Shown piece after piece: positions 15,648-29,958 of a stretch of 64,000 nucleotides of DNA (its first letter is position 1; the number at the start of each line of letters is the position of its first letter). Source of the stretch: the human T2T-CHM13v2.0 reference genome, Homo sapiens. Both the position numbers and the translations under genes were made by a program. The notes under the pieces are model-generated. The model worked only from the letters and a program-made list of their open reading frames with translations, was not told the DNA's origin and made no database searches. Location of the stretch: the NCBI RefSeq assembly GCF_009914755.1, contig NC_060932.1. One strand, written 5' to 3'.

Positions 15648-15758
15648 GGTCCTATGAAGAAGGCACAATTCTAACCATAGTGGGTTCTGGATTTTCTCCT
15701 AGTTCAGCTGTAACAGTCTCAGTTGGACCAGTAGGTTGTTCTCTTCTTTCTGTGGATG
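15648..15758 (+). CDS. PKHD1L1: PKHD1L1 coding exon (prov. 28), IPT/TIG
   Basis: ttttag|GG TCC TAT...GAT G|gtaggt; SYEEGTILTIVGSGFS; 111 nt. Confidence 0.92.
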
Positions 15759-16427
15759 GTAGGTCCTTTTAAAAACTATTAAGTCTAATTGTTCTTCTCT
15801 AAGATAAAGTGGAATCAAAGGGCAGTATTACAATTATCTTGATCGTGTACAATTATCATGATCCAGTATTACAATTATCATGATCCCTATGGGGTCATGA
15901 AATTGGCAACCTGGTCTATATAATGCCTTATCTTTGATTATGATCACAGACTATTTCATTGTTGTACGGTGTCTTTATCCCATAACAGTTTAATTTTATC
16001 CTTTTTCCCCCCTTCATTTGGAGGTTACATGAAATCTTTCTTGCATCGGTGTGTCTCTGGGACACAAAAATGTATGAAATGCTTCTCTTGTGTTCCATGG
16101 TCCTGTCTGCCCATGTTTTGACAATGCCATGCAGGAAGAGGACCTGGCCATCTCCTGACTTCCAGTCCCATTGAACCTCTCTCCATTAATGTAGAATTTA
16201 AAGATCATTCAAATTTTTTTAACATCTTGAAATAGTGAAGGCCATAGTTATTTATTTCCCTAAAAGTTGTCTTTCATAATTCTAGGAGATTTTTCTTAAC
16301 TTAAATCAATTGAAATTACATAAGTAAATTCATTTACCAAATCCTTTCTGTTGTTTTTAGTTTAGTTCTTTTATGCATTGTTAAGCTCTAAGAGTCAATA
16401 TTGCACCTGTATTATTGGTGTTCTAAA

Positions 16428-16799
16428 GAAAAAGAAAATGTGGTACATATACACCATGGAATACTATGCGGCAATAAAAAAGGATGAGTTCATATCCTTT
16501 GCAGGGACATGGATGAAGCTGGAAACCATCATTCTCAGTAAACTAACACAAGAACGGAAAACCAAACACCAGATGTTCTCACTCATAAGTGGGAGTTGAA
16601 CAATGAGAACGAGGGGAACATCACACACCAGGGCCTGTCGAGGGGTTGGGGGCTAGGGGAGGGATAGCATTAGAAGAAATACCTAATGTAGGTGACGGGT
16701 TAATGGGTGCAGCAAACCACGATGATATGTGTATATCTATGTAATAAACCTGCATGTTCTGCACAGGTATCCCAGAACTTAAAGTATAATTTTAAAAAA
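16428..16799 (+). mobile_element. L1PA 3' end fragment
   Basis: MWYIYTMEYYAAIKKDEF ORF2 terminus, G-rich tract, CCCAGAACTTAAAGTATAAT end. Confidence 0.93.
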
Positions 16800-16900
16800 G
16801 AGAGAAAAATATCACTCTTCCCAACTCATGAAATCCTCAATATCAAATTCTCCTATCACCAGTGATAGAAATTATGTTTTCATACATACATCTCTGCTGA

Positions 16901-17310
<410 letters not shown>

Positions 17311-17731
17311 TTCATTTAGTTTTTGATCATCTTTCCTGATAAAACGTAGTATTTTGCACAATTTCAGACATAATATGTTTGACCAAAAATTTTAGAATTA
17401 TTAAATAAATGAGCTTATAAACTAGTTTTTTTTTTAAAAAAATTATGACAATAGTCTGTTTTGGGTACAGTAGCATCCGAAGCAGATTGATTACTTTGCT
17501 TTCACTATTGGTTTACCTATTTTCTAGGAGTGTCTGATTCATAGCCTCAGGTAGTTTGTAAGAATTATTCCTCCTAAGATTCCCCCACACATTAATATAT
17601 GATTGGTTTTCTTTGGATATACTTCGTGAGATCTAAAAATGAAGGCCAATGTTAGTATTTGCAAGCATAACTTTTATCTCATAAAACCATTTGATTTACC
17701 ATTTTCTTCATCTTTTTCTTTTTTTCACAAG

Positions 17732-17896
17732 AAAAAGAGCTCAAGTGCCAGATTCTGAATGGAAGTGCTGGACATGCCCCCGTTGCTGTGTCCATGGCTG
17801 ATGTTGGACTAGCACAGAATGTAGGGGGTGAAGAGTTCTACTTTGTTTATCAGAGTCAGATCTCACATATCTGGCCTGATTCTGGAAGCATAGCAG
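17732..17896 (+). CDS. PKHD1L1: PKHD1L1 coding exon (prov. 29), IPT/TIG
   Basis: cacaag|AA AAA GAG...GCA G|gtaatg; KELKCQILNGSAG...ISHIWPDSGSIA; 165 nt. Confidence 0.9.
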
Positions 17897-18879
17897 GTAA
17901 TGGTTAATAGTTTAAACAGAGAGAAAATTGCATGCATTTCCATCAGTTCAATGTGCTGTTTCTAGTACAGGGTGAAGGGAGAGGATCCCAAAGCTTCCTC
18001 TTATAGAACAAAGGAAAGTCTCCTTCGAGAAGGTACAGTGATTAAATGGCTGACTAATTCTTTTGTTTCTTACAAAGCACAAGTCAGGGTGCTGCTTATA
18101 CTTACATCTTAGGTTATTGAATTAATATCATCAATTATTACATGTTTCTATAACAAGCACATCAATTATGTCAAGATAAGATTTATTAGTTATTATTCTG
18201 CTTACCAGCTGCTTCGTTTGTAACCACAGTCTCAGTGGAGCTTCTTGACCCAGACAAAGTTCTGGGAACAAACTGGGGAAAGGAGGGCTAACACACAGGA
18301 TGGAAAGAACATAACACATTTTTCCTGTCCTGCTTCATTTCCTTTGTACATTTGTTTGTTTTTTTTACCAGGCGTAGTTTAGGGTTTTGTGCTTTGATTT
18401 TGATCCTTTTGGTATGCTTTTATTTTACATTATTTCATCGCTTATTTTTAAAGTTTAGTTTTCCTTTTACTTAGAGGTATTAAAATTTGAGATTTGGCAA
18501 GAGTCTTAATTAACTCTCCTCTTCCACCCACAGAATGGTTGAGTGAATAGAAGCAGCATAATTATTCGTAGGATGAAGGCACTGTGAAAAATAGCAGATG
18601 CTGCTACCAATGCCCCAAAGCAAATGTGTGTTGCAAATCTATGTTATTTCATTAAATCACTTAGCCCAGCTCATTTATGGTTCTGAGCAAAAGCACCCAG
18701 GCTCAGGTGTGTGGTGGGGATTGCATTCATCTCAAGTCTGGTCCTTGATCTATTGGCCAGTACATCTCTTGGATCATTAGACTATTCTCAAAAGACAATT
18801 CTCAAAAAATGTTACTAACATTTCTTTTTGTTATAGTTGAACTGTTTTGTTGTTGTTTTTGTTTGCTTTTCTTATGAAG

Positions 18880-19001
18880 GTGGTACTCTACTGACTTTAT
18901 CTGGATTTGGCTTTAATGAAAATTCAAAGGTATTAGTTGGAAATGAAACCTGCAATGTGATTGAAGGGGATTTGAATAGGATAACCTGCAGGACACCAAA
19001 A
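18880..19001 (+). CDS. PKHD1L1: PKHD1L1 coding exon (prov. 30), IPT/TIG
   Basis: atgaag|GT GGT ACT...CCA AAA|gtaagg; GTLLTLSGFGFNENSKVLVGNETC...ITCRTPK; 122 nt. Confidence 0.92.
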
Positions 19002-19464
19002 GTAAGGCCTCTGATTTCAGTCACTTTTTCCTCCTAAGTCTGAAATCTTATAAATTAGGAAACATCTCAGTGGGGCGGGGGGTGAAACAAGTGGTGTATT
19101 TACTTAGGAACTGCAGGGTTTCTATTATGCTCCTTAAAACTTATTTCTTCCATATCTTTCCACTAAGATTCAAAGACAAAATATTGTCTCCACATTCAAG
19201 ATACTTAAAATCATGAAGAAAAGAGACACATAAACTAATATTAAACAATGTATTTCATTTGAATTAATAGAAGTAGTAACAAAGTAAACATAAAACACAG
19301 TGGAGAGAGGGTGTCAGAAACAGTTTCACAGAAAAGTTGATGTCCTATCAGAATTTGAGAATGAATGAGAGTTTACCATGGTAAGTTTAAGGATGAAAAA
19401 AATGAGTAGTCTAAAGATTTCAGGAAAGTAAATCTAGAAAATAATAGTTTTCAAAAAGGAATAC

Positions 19465-19756
<292 letters not shown>

Positions 19757-19887
19757 GGAATACATTTTTAAATGTGTTAAAGTTTTAGTTTAAATGTGTT
19801 AAATTTTCAGTTTCACAAAAAAAGTGAAGTTCTCTGTGGAATATTGTATCTTAGAATCAATCATTATTCTTTATTTTTAAAACAGAG

Positions 19888-20081
19888 TTTTTTTATTATT
19901 ATGCTTTAAGTTTTAGGGTACATGTGCACAACGTGCAGGTTAGTTACATATGTATACATGTGCCATGTTGGTGTGCTGCACCCATTAACTTGTCATTTAA
20001 CATTAGGTATATCTCCTAATGCTATCCCTCCCCCCTCCCCCCACCCCACAACAGGCCCCAGGGACACAGGAAGGGGAACAT
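19888..20081 (-). mobile_element. Very short L1PA 3' end with a 5' inversion
   Basis: Antisense L1 tail 19888-20059, then sense GGACACAGGAAGGGGAACAT; TSD TAAAACA(G/T)AGTTTTT at 19878 and 20081. Confidence 0.88.
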
Positions 20082-20865
20082 AAAACATAGTTTTTAAATT
20101 TAAACTGAGACTCTGGTTTCCTTATTACATGCCAAAACGTAATGAATCCTGTCACTGACTTTTTTTAAAAAGTGTAGCAGAGTAAATGGGGGTATTATGT
20201 ATTTGCAATCTGCAGGAAAAATAAATTTGTTTTTTGGACCAAATGATGGAGATGAGAATTGAGGGGATATGGTAAGCTAAAACTTACTTTGTTTACAATA
20301 TGTCATTTGGTTAAACACTGAGTGTGGATTAAATAAATACTAGATGTGAAAAAATGTTTTTCCTAGTTGGGAATCGCATGGATACTATATCTGCAAAAGC
20401 ATCAAATAGTTTTCTTAGGGGGTCCAAGTGCTTAGTCTTGGATTTTGGAGTGAGGTCTTCAAAAGATATAATGATGTGATTTGTCAGAGAAGAGAAATAA
20501 GAACTATACCTGTCTATTTTAAAAGCAAAAAGTCAAACTTTAGTATCTAATGCTTTATCAGAGAATCACTTCTCCAGAGCATCTCAACAATATTGTAGAG
20601 CCATCAGAAATCCAATAATATAGATGCATTTAAATTGATCATAAAACCCATAAAACTACTATGTCATGTAACTTTATTTTGAGAACTCAAGCATGTAACC
20701 TATATTTGACACCACAACTTTCTAAATATATGAAAACTGACTCTGATCTTGACTTTGAAGTAAAACATCTTCAGAAGTTTATTCTGAATAATCTATTTCT
20801 TTTCATCCCTTGCATTTCTGTATCTCAACAATTAATATTTTCTAATTTTTTTCCTCTTATTTTAG

Positions 20866-20998
20866 AAAACTGAGGGTACAGTTGATATTTCAGTTACTAC
20901 CAATGGATTTCAAGCCACAGCAAGGGATGCTTTTAGTTATAATTGTTTACAGACACCAATTATAACTGATTTTAGTCCAAAAGTACGAACAATACTAG
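20866..20998 (+). CDS. PKHD1L1: PKHD1L1 coding exon (prov. 31), IPT/TIG
   Basis: ttttag|AAA ACT GAG...CTA G|gtaaga; KTEGTVDISVTTNG...TPIITDFSPK; 133 nt. Confidence 0.92.
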
Positions 20999-21438
20999 GT
21001 AAGAAATTCTTCAATAAGATTGGTCATTTGTCCTATGTATAAAAAACATTTCTAGAAAGGCTTTTGAAGCATAGTTTCTTCTGTAGTTTTGTTTCTTAAA
21101 GTGAAACCAGTTATAGTGTTATGTGTGTGTATGTTTTATCATAGATTAATCTATTTATTATTTTATATTGAACATATGCAATAAGGAGAAAAATAGTAAG
21201 TTTTTTTTTTTAAAAAAGGACTTTGTCATCTTTTTTCCTTTTGAGCAATTGAATGTACATTTCATCCCTCTGTGGCTGTTACCAACTCTTTCATTGTTTT
21301 TCCTTTTGCCTCTCAAAGTGTTAGGATTTCCTAAATCCAATGAAAGATGAGAGATGAATTGATTTATTTAATATGCAAATTTCACACTGGATAACAAGTT
21401 GAACTTTTTGCATTATTTTTTAAATTTTAAAATACCAG

Positions 21439-21634
21439 GAGAAGTTAATTTAACAATTAAGGGCTATAATTTTGGAAATGAACTCACACAAAACATGGCG
21501 GTGTATGTTGGAGGAAAAACCTGCCAGATTCTTCACTGGAACTTCACAGATATTAGATGCCTTTTGCCCAAGTTGTCTCCTGGAAAACATGATATCTATG
21601 TAGAAGTCAGAAACTGGGGTTTTGCATCAACAAG
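21439..21634 (+). CDS. PKHD1L1: PKHD1L1 coding exon (prov. 32), IPT/TIG
   Basis: taccag|GA GAA GTT...ACA AG|gtatga; EVNLTIKGYNFG...VEVRNWGFAST; 196 nt. Confidence 0.92.
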
Positions 21635-23251
21635 GTATGATAATGAACATAAACTTGATGGAGTTGTAGAACACATGGGGCTAGTGGAATTGGGATAGGA
21701 AAAGAAGTGGGCATTAAGCTTTAGGTGTTAATTGTTCTCTTTACCTTCCTATATCTTCTTTGGCAAAAGATGCCGAGAATATCTCATACAACTGCAATAT
21801 GACGCATAGTTTTGAGACCAATACCATTCAGATCAGGTTGTAAAATTCTCTGTACAACTAGCCTTATGTATATGTCACATGATTTTGATTCACTCAGGAA
21901 ATGCATATCAAGTAACTTCTAGGGGCTCAGTGTTGCTGGCTGGATTTACAGTGGATTAGAGTGGCATCTCCCCTGCATTAATGGTGCTCACAATTTTCTT
22001 GGAGAGAGAGATTTCAAACAGAGGATTACCTCAAGAGTTTAATTGTAAATGTGAAAAATACTGTGAGTTAGAGGTACCAGGTGCAGTAAGAGTCTATAAT
22101 AGAGAGAGCTAACTTATCCTGAGTATCAGGGAAAAGTTCTCTGAAAAGCTGACAATTAAGCCAAGAAATGGGTAGGAGGTGGCCATCTGAAGGAGATGAT
22201 GCAGAGAGTCTTTCTCCAACTCAGTTTTCTGTAAGGACTTAGTATTTCTTTTTCCCTGAAACTGTTTGTTAACTGATAAAATGTTAGTTCTAGTATGAGG
22301 AAGTTATTGGTTTGGAATACTTAGAAAAGGAAGATACTGAAATTTTATGGATGCAAAAAGGCCAATACAGCTAATGTCAGAGTAGAAGGAGAGATGATTG
22401 CAGCAAAATCTTGCAAGAAGTAAATGAAGATGAGCAACATTAAACATAAACCTCAGCACTACATCCATCTCTTGGTTTCACAGGGCAGAGCTCACATGGA
22501 TTCTATATTGGCTTATGCTGTAGCTTGACCATATAATGGGTGAAATTGACACCATACAAAATTGCTCATTCAGATTTAAGAAATAACAAGGTTATGCTGT
22601 GGAAGTTAAAAGTTAACACAATGATTCACGTGATTTTTTCTGCCTCTCTGCAGTTACGAGGGAAGTTGGGATTTGGAAGTCAAATATGTCATATCAGAAA
22701 AGAATTTACATTTTGATGGCCTCCTAGCAGATGCATTATAACCAAGCAAAATAAATTAAAAACTCTCTCATTGAAGTAATGGGAAGGGAGACCCTGACAA
22801 GTTTTCAACAAACGTGGAATAATAACTTCAAATTAATTATACAAAACTTTGATTACTCAAATGTGTGAGATTTAATTGCTAGTTTTAAAGCAGAGCTGCC
22901 TTTTTGTTTTAGTTTAATGAAAATATAAAATATTTTTAAAAATCTAATGTATTTCTTGTGACCTCAGTTCTCATAAGCATATTTTTCCATAATATTGTAG
23001 GATCTTCCATCTCAAATTCTTCTGCCATTAGAATTTTCAGAAATGTAATTTTCATAGTTAGGGAAAATATTGAATATATCATCCAATCAAATCGAGATTA
23101 TGATAATTGCCAGATTGTCTATCTTGAAAAAGTAATGTACAGTTAAATATCCAGTTATTTCCTCTTTCTAAAGAAGTCATATCCTAGCAAGAGTTTAGCA
23201 AGATAAATCAGTAGGAAGCTCATTGAAAAATCTATTCATTTTTTTTCTCAG

Positions 23252-23394
23252 AGACAAATTAAATTCTTCAATACAGTATGTTTTAGAAGTGACCAGCATG
23301 TTTCCACAAAGAGGCTCCTTGTTTGGTGGAACTGAAATCACCATAAGGGGTTTTGGATTCAGCACAATACCAGCTGAGAATACCGTGCTGTTAG
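23252..23394 (+). CDS. PKHD1L1: PKHD1L1 coding exon (prov. 33), IPT/TIG
   Basis: tctcag|A GAC AAA...TTA G|gtaaga; VTSMFPQRGSLFGGTEITIRGFGFS; 143 nt. Confidence 0.93.
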
Positions 23395-23816
23395 GTAAGA
23401 GCTTCATTCATAGGAAAGTGATTATCATTTTTCTCAGCTTAAAGGATATACTACAGGTGCTGAGTTATTATATGAATATTCTAAATCACAGCTTTATTTT
23501 TCTAGTAGCATAAAAAAGGTAAGTGTATTTGGTTAAAGTGATAAAGAGAAACTGAATAACTACTTTTTATTTCAATAAATAATTACTGTGTATTTAATGT
23601 GTATGCGACATATAGAGTGGAGGAGTTTTTCCGCAAATAATTAGTACTCACACATGATTACTATCAGAAAAGAAGTTCTGAAGATCCTGCTATATAAGGC
23701 AGAGTTTTTTTTAGGGTCTTGGCTGTTGATGAATTATGCTTCATCTCTATAATTCACAAAAAAAAATTTGACAAAATGTTTGCTTTTTAAAAATATGCAG
23801 TATTTATTCTTTCTAG

Positions 23817-23921
23817 GGTCCATCCCTTGCAATGTTACATCATCATCAGAAAATGTCATAAAATGTATTCTTCATTCAACTGGGAATATATTCAGGATTA
23901 CCAACAATGGGAAAGATTCAG
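23817..23921 (+). CDS. PKHD1L1: PKHD1L1 coding exon (prov. 34)
   Basis: ttctag|GG TCC ATC...TCA G|gtatca; SIPCNVTSSSENVIKC; 105 nt. Confidence 0.9.
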
Positions 23922-24548
23922 GTATCAGCCATTTATATACTATGAAATAATGGAAGCACTGAAACCTGAAATTAATTTGATTTTTATTTATTTTATATTT
24001 CAAATTATTGAGAGACTAAGTATTGTTATTTCTTTTATAATTTGTCAGCAGTAACTGCTTGACATAGAGGGTCACATATAGAGCAAATTAGTGGTAGACT
24101 TGAGTCTAGAAGGCCATACTTTGCAATTTCCAACTTCAGGAATTACCATTTGGTTTTGCTCTAGTACAGAAACTCCCAGATTGTTGTAGTTTATTATCAG
24201 TCATGGATTTCCAAATGAATATTCCAATTAAAATTGATCATAGCTTTAAAAATATTCTATGTAAGATTTCTAAGCAAACTATTTATTGACTTTCCAATTT
24301 TTTTTTCAAATTGTCTGTTGATCATCGCTTTTGCAGTTTTGTGACTTAATTTTTCTTATCTTCTTATTACCTTGCTTTCCATTATTTCTATTTGTTTTTG
24401 TTAAGTGCTTAAATTATGTAAGTAATTAAGTTTTAGTGTTGATTAAAATGTTTTCACTACTGACTGTATATAAATTGCCATGTTGTCAAAGATAATTATT
24501 AAGAAATTCTCTTTTTCTTTTAAAATATTACTCAATTCTTGCCCCCAG

Positions 24549-24737
24549 TACATGGATTAGGTTATGCCTGGTCACCACCAGTCCTAAATGTGTCTGTGGG
24601 GGACACAGTGGCATGGCATTGGCAAACACATCCGTTTCTTAGAGGGATAGGATATAGGATTTTTTCTGTCTCCAGTCCTGGAAGTGTAATTTATGATGGC
24701 AAAGGATTCACAAGTGGAAGACAAAAATCTACATCAG
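24549..24737 (+). CDS. PKHD1L1: PKHD1L1 coding exon (prov. 35), first half of a cupredoxin-like module
   Basis: ccccag|TA CAT GGA...TCA G|gtatgt; WSPPVLNVSVGDTVAWHW; 189 nt. Confidence 0.92.
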
Positions 24738-25487
24738 GTATGTTTCTGCTTATTGGGTTTTGCATCATGTCACTTTTTCCTAAATGTAATAAAATGACAT
24801 TTTGTGTAGATTTAATACAGTATTTTTACATAAATAATATACACAAATGCGTAAGGTATTTGGCATTTTATTGCTGCAGTAAAAATGTTACTAATGAGTG
24901 TAAGCAAGTTATTTTATACATATTCAAGTGTGTTCTGATATTAGAAATATCTTATATTGATTCTGTGATAATCAACCAATTGAAAAACATATTGAAAAAG
25001 CAAAATGCAATAAAATAGGAATATATGTTTAAATCAAACCAATCTGGTAGCAAGCGATGAACTTTGACTGACTGAAATCAATTTAAAATCAGTGTTTCCT
25101 ACAGGACAGCTCAGTGTAAAATGTGCCTTTTAGATTGTCTGTTTTGTTTTGTACATGTAAGATTTTGAACCTTTCACTCACGAAAAAAAAATTTTCTTTC
25201 ATTTCATGTTGAATTTTCTTTAAATTTTGGTGTGTTATGCCAGACTTGCCATGGTTTTCTAGAAAATCAATGCCGGAACTTGTTTTCATGGAATGTAATT
25301 TCGTTACACAAGATAGCTTTTAATAGCGAGTTTTCTTACTACATTCTGTTGACATTTCATACACATGAAAAATAAGAAACTGTCATCTGTATGTGCATTT
25401 AAATGATCATTTCAAATTGTTTTCAGTCTCTTTTCAAATATGCATTAATTGCTTATATTTATTACGTACAATCTCATTTTATGGCAG

Positions 25488-25658
25488 GTTCATTTTCTTA
25501 CCAATTTACTTCTCCTGGAATCCATTATTATAGCAGCGGGTATGTTGATGAGGCTCACTCCATTTTTCTCCAAGGAGTCATTAATGTTTTACCAGCTGAA
25601 ACCAGACACATTCCCTTGCACCTGTTTGTGGGTCGCTCTGAAGCCACATATGCTTATG
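25488..25658 (+). CDS. PKHD1L1: PKHD1L1 coding exon (prov. 36), second half of the cupredoxin-like module
   Basis: tggcag|GT TCA TTT...TAT G|gtaaga; SFSYQFTSPGIHYYSSGYVDEAHSIFLQGVINV; 171 nt. Confidence 0.92.
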
Positions 25659-26217
25659 GTAAGATGGTTAAAGATGGAAACTCTGTTACACAGGTGACCC
25701 AGGGTGTATGTGATATTTCTGGAGCCGGTAGCAGATAACTGGGTCTAACTGTGCTTCTATCTTACTAGCCACGTGACCTTGAATAGGTTTGGGCTTCTCT
25801 GAGGCTGGAATTTATCCTCTAAAGTAAGGATCGCATTAATGTCTTCCTACCAGTCTTTCCCCCAGAATCCTTGTGTGCTTCCAATGAGAAGTAATGTAAA
25901 AAAGTTCTGACACTATGTATGTGCCTGGACGTATATTAAAATGTAAGATGACGTTGTTATTTTCCCCATGGGGTCTGACCTTGGACAAACTGAAAAATAA
26001 ATCAATTTTATATTCAGTTTTCTCTATTTACTGTGACATCTTTGATCAGGTCTTTAATACTTTTGTACTGCCTAAGACCCATTTGTCATTTTGTTTTTCA
26101 AAAAAGATTTACCAGAATTTAAACCATCATCATCAAAATAAAGAGTAACGCAGTTTGAAAACAGTTATCATTTTGGAATGTTATTCATGACTTAACGGGC
26201 AGTTCTTTTGTCTAAAG

Positions 26218-26444
26218 GAGGACCTGAGAATTTGCACTTGGGAAGCTCTGTGGCAGGCTGCCTAGCAACAGAACCCCTGTGCAGCCTGAACAATACCAGG
26301 GTTAAAAATTCAAAAAGATTGCTATTTGAGGTTTCAAGTTGTTTTTCACCATCTATAAGCAACATTACTCCGTCCACTGGAACAGTAAATGAACTAATAA
26401 CAATTATTGGACATGGCTTTAGTAATCTCCCATGGGCTAATAAG
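26218..26444 (+). CDS. PKHD1L1: PKHD1L1 coding exon (prov. 37)
   Basis: ctaaag|GA GGA CCT...AAT AAG|gtaaga; SPSISNITPSTGTVNELITIIGHGFS; 227 nt. Confidence 0.9.
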
Positions 26445-26519
26445 GTAAGAATATAAATACCTCCTTTGTACTTCTATTATATGTTCCCAATAAAAGTATT
26501 TTGACGATAACCTTGTTAT

Positions 26520-27030
26520 TTAATTTTTACCAGCTTTATTGAGCTATATCACATACCATACAATTCACCCACTTAAAGTGTACAATTCATAAACTTTTAG
26601 CATAGGCCCAGAGTTGGCATTCATCACACAATCAATTTTAGAACATTTTCATTACCTCCCCCCCCCAAAAAAAACCCTAAAGCCCTTAGATATCACACCT
26701 AACCCCTCCATCGATCCCAGCCTAAGGTGGTCTCTAATCTACTTTCTGTCTATAGATTTGGCTGTTCTGGACATTTCTTGTAAATAGAATCATACAATAT
26801 GTGGTCCATTGTGACCAAGTTTATTTATTTTTCACTCAACATAATGTTTTCAAGGTTCACACAAGTTGTACCATGTATCAGTACTTCATTTCTTTTTGTG
26901 ACCTAATAATATTCTGTTGCATGTTAAGCAACCTTTTATTTATCCATTCATCAGTTGATGGACATTTGGGTTGTTTTCACCTTTTGATTATTATGAATAA
27001 TGTAGCAATGCACATTTATGTAAAAATCAT
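26520..27030 (-). mobile_element. L1MB-like 3'UTR
   Basis: CAGCTTTATTGAG...CACATACCATACAATTCACCCACTTAAAGTGTACAATTCA signature. Confidence 0.8.
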
Positions 27031-27202
27031 AATTTAATCCAAGAGATGCGTTAATCAGCCCCTCCCAAATTAAATTTATGAATAAAAGATATTTATTTGC
27101 ACATGATTAACTTTTAAAATTTGTAGTTGTTGCTAATACAAAATTTGTTTATACTGGAGGTATGTATTGACTTGTTTTATTTTGTATTCATTTTACTTAC
27201 AG

Positions 27203-28187
27203 GTTACAATTGGTAGCTACCCCTGTGTCGTAGAAGAAAGTAGTGAGGATTCAATTACATGTCATATTGACCCTCAAAACTCAATGGATGTTGGTATCAG
27301 GGAAACTGTCACTTTGACTGTCTACAACCTGGGCACTGCTATCAATACGTTGTCCAATGAATTTGATAGGCGATTTGTACTTTTGCCAAACATTGACCTG
27401 GTGTTGCCAAATGCAGGATCAACTACAGGAATGACAAGCGTGACCATAAAAGGCTCTGGATTTGCCGTTTCTTCTGCAGGTGTAAAAGTCCTTATGGGTC
27501 ATTTCCCATGTAAAGTTCTATCAGTGAATTATACGGCCATTGAATGTGAAACATCCCCTGCTGCCCAACAGCTTGTGGATGTAGATCTTCTAATACATGG
27601 AGTGCCTGCCCAGTGCCAGGGAAACTGCACCTTTTCATACTTAGAAAGCATCACTCCTTACATAACAGGAGTCTTCCCAAACTCTGTCATAGGATCTGTA
27701 AAAGTTCTTATTGAAGGAGAAGGTTTGGGGACTGTTTTGGAGGACATTGCTGTTTTCATTGGAAATCAACAGTTCAGAGCAATAGAGGTTAATGAAAACA
27801 ACATCACTGCTCTTGTGACTCCTCTCCCAGTTGGACATCATTCTGTTAGTGTTGTGGTGGGAAGTAAAGGCTTGGCTCTGGGAAACCTGACTGTCAGCAG
27901 CCCCCCAGTAGCATCTCTATCACCAACTTCTGGAAGCATTGGTGGTGGAACTACACTGGTGATCACAGGAAATGGCTTCTATCCAGGCAACACTACAGTC
28001 ACTATTGGGGATGAACCTTGTCAAATTATTTCCATCAACCCCAATGAAGTCTACTGCCGCACTCCCGCTGGGACCACTGGAATGGTCGATGTTAAAATCT
28101 TTGTTAATACAATTGCTTATCCACCTTTGCTTTTTACATATGCCCTGGAGGATACTCCATTTCTCAGAGGAATTATCCCAAGCAGAG
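27203..28187 (+). CDS. PKHD1L1: PKHD1L1 large coding exon (prov. 38), several IPT/TIG repeats
   Basis: ttacag|GTT ACA...AGA G|gtactc; 985 nt; repeated PxxGSxxGGTxxxIxGxGF motifs (ORF 27167-28216). Confidence 0.96.
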
Positions 28188-29479
28188 GTACTCCAATATC
28201 TGCCTTATTATCTTGATATTATAGTATCGATAATATTTATTAGTATGGAATTGGAATGATATTTGTAAATAACTATTAAGGTGTGTTTATAAATGTTCCC
28301 ACTTACACTTAATACCTGGGATTCAAGCTCTGTGTAGTCTCTATTGTATGATTATTTTTCACACATTTATGGGATAACAATTTTAGCCAAATTTCAACTT
28401 CTATTTAGGAACAAAATTCCCATTAACCTGACCTAAATTTCAAATGAGGAAAAAATAAGTGAAGATAGACCAAAACTGATAATTCATTTATGTTATTGAT
28501 GTTGATTTGCACTAGAAACTCTAGTTAAAAATCAAAAGTTACAATCTTACTTACATTGAGAGTGTTTCAGAGTACCTTATTTCCATGAAACTACAAATGA
28601 ATATTAACTTATTAGCATGCCAGAATTCTTTTTAAGGAGATAATTGGCCCATTCAATGGAGAAAATATTATAAAATACGATTTTCTTAATTACTTAGCAT
28701 GACTCATTTTTCTAATTTAACAATAGGTTGATATATCTTCTTAGTCCTTTGTCATTATGCTATGCTATTTCTGATTATCTTCGAGCTATTAGAATGCTTC
28801 GAGCTATTAGAATATATGTACTGAATTCCGGAGAGGAAGCTATAGCATAATAGTTGAGAGCTTGGCTCTCAAATGGTTCAAATTTTGGTTCCTTTAATTT
28901 CCAGCGATGAAATTTTGGACAAGTTTTTTAAAACATCAATTTCCTTATTTATGCAGGTACATACATTATAAAGTTAAAGAAGTTTATTCATATAATGTAA
29001 CTTAGAATAGTACATTTAATGAAGAACTCATTAAATGTTAACCTTTTAGAAAAGTCTTTTTAGGTTACATCACAGGGAAATGTATCAGGTTTGAGTAAGT
29101 AGTATTTTCTGCCTTCAACGAGTTTGCTGTCGAAATCTTCTTTAATATGTCAAATTTGCTCATTTTGAAAAATGTGAACAATAACAATGGCACATTTCTT
29201 TTCCCATGTGGTTGTAATCATTGCAAATAATGGCATATGTTTCTTATTTCCATGGACTGTGTCTCTTCCCATCTCTGCCTTTGAATTTTTTTTTTCAAAA
29301 CAATGTATTCAAAGGTATAAGAGACTTGCAGACATGTGAGAACTGAGCTGTTTTATTTGCTGAAGAGACAGGTGACAGAGCACACTGAGAACAACGCTGT
29401 TCCATTTGAAAGGCAAAATGTCAAGCAAAATTAAATGTTAAGACCTGTAAAACTTTCTTTAGATTGTATCTTAAAACTA

Positions 29480-29958
<479 letters not shown>

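Noticed and set aside
28188-28500. Read-through of exon 38 (GTPISALLS*) as a secreted short isoform
   Set aside because: No canonical poly(A) signal seen close downstream; a short read-through to a stop is expected by chance
28779-28813. 18-bp-period duplication CTTCGAGCTATTAGAAT x2
   Set aside because: Ordinary slippage micro-duplication with no further structure
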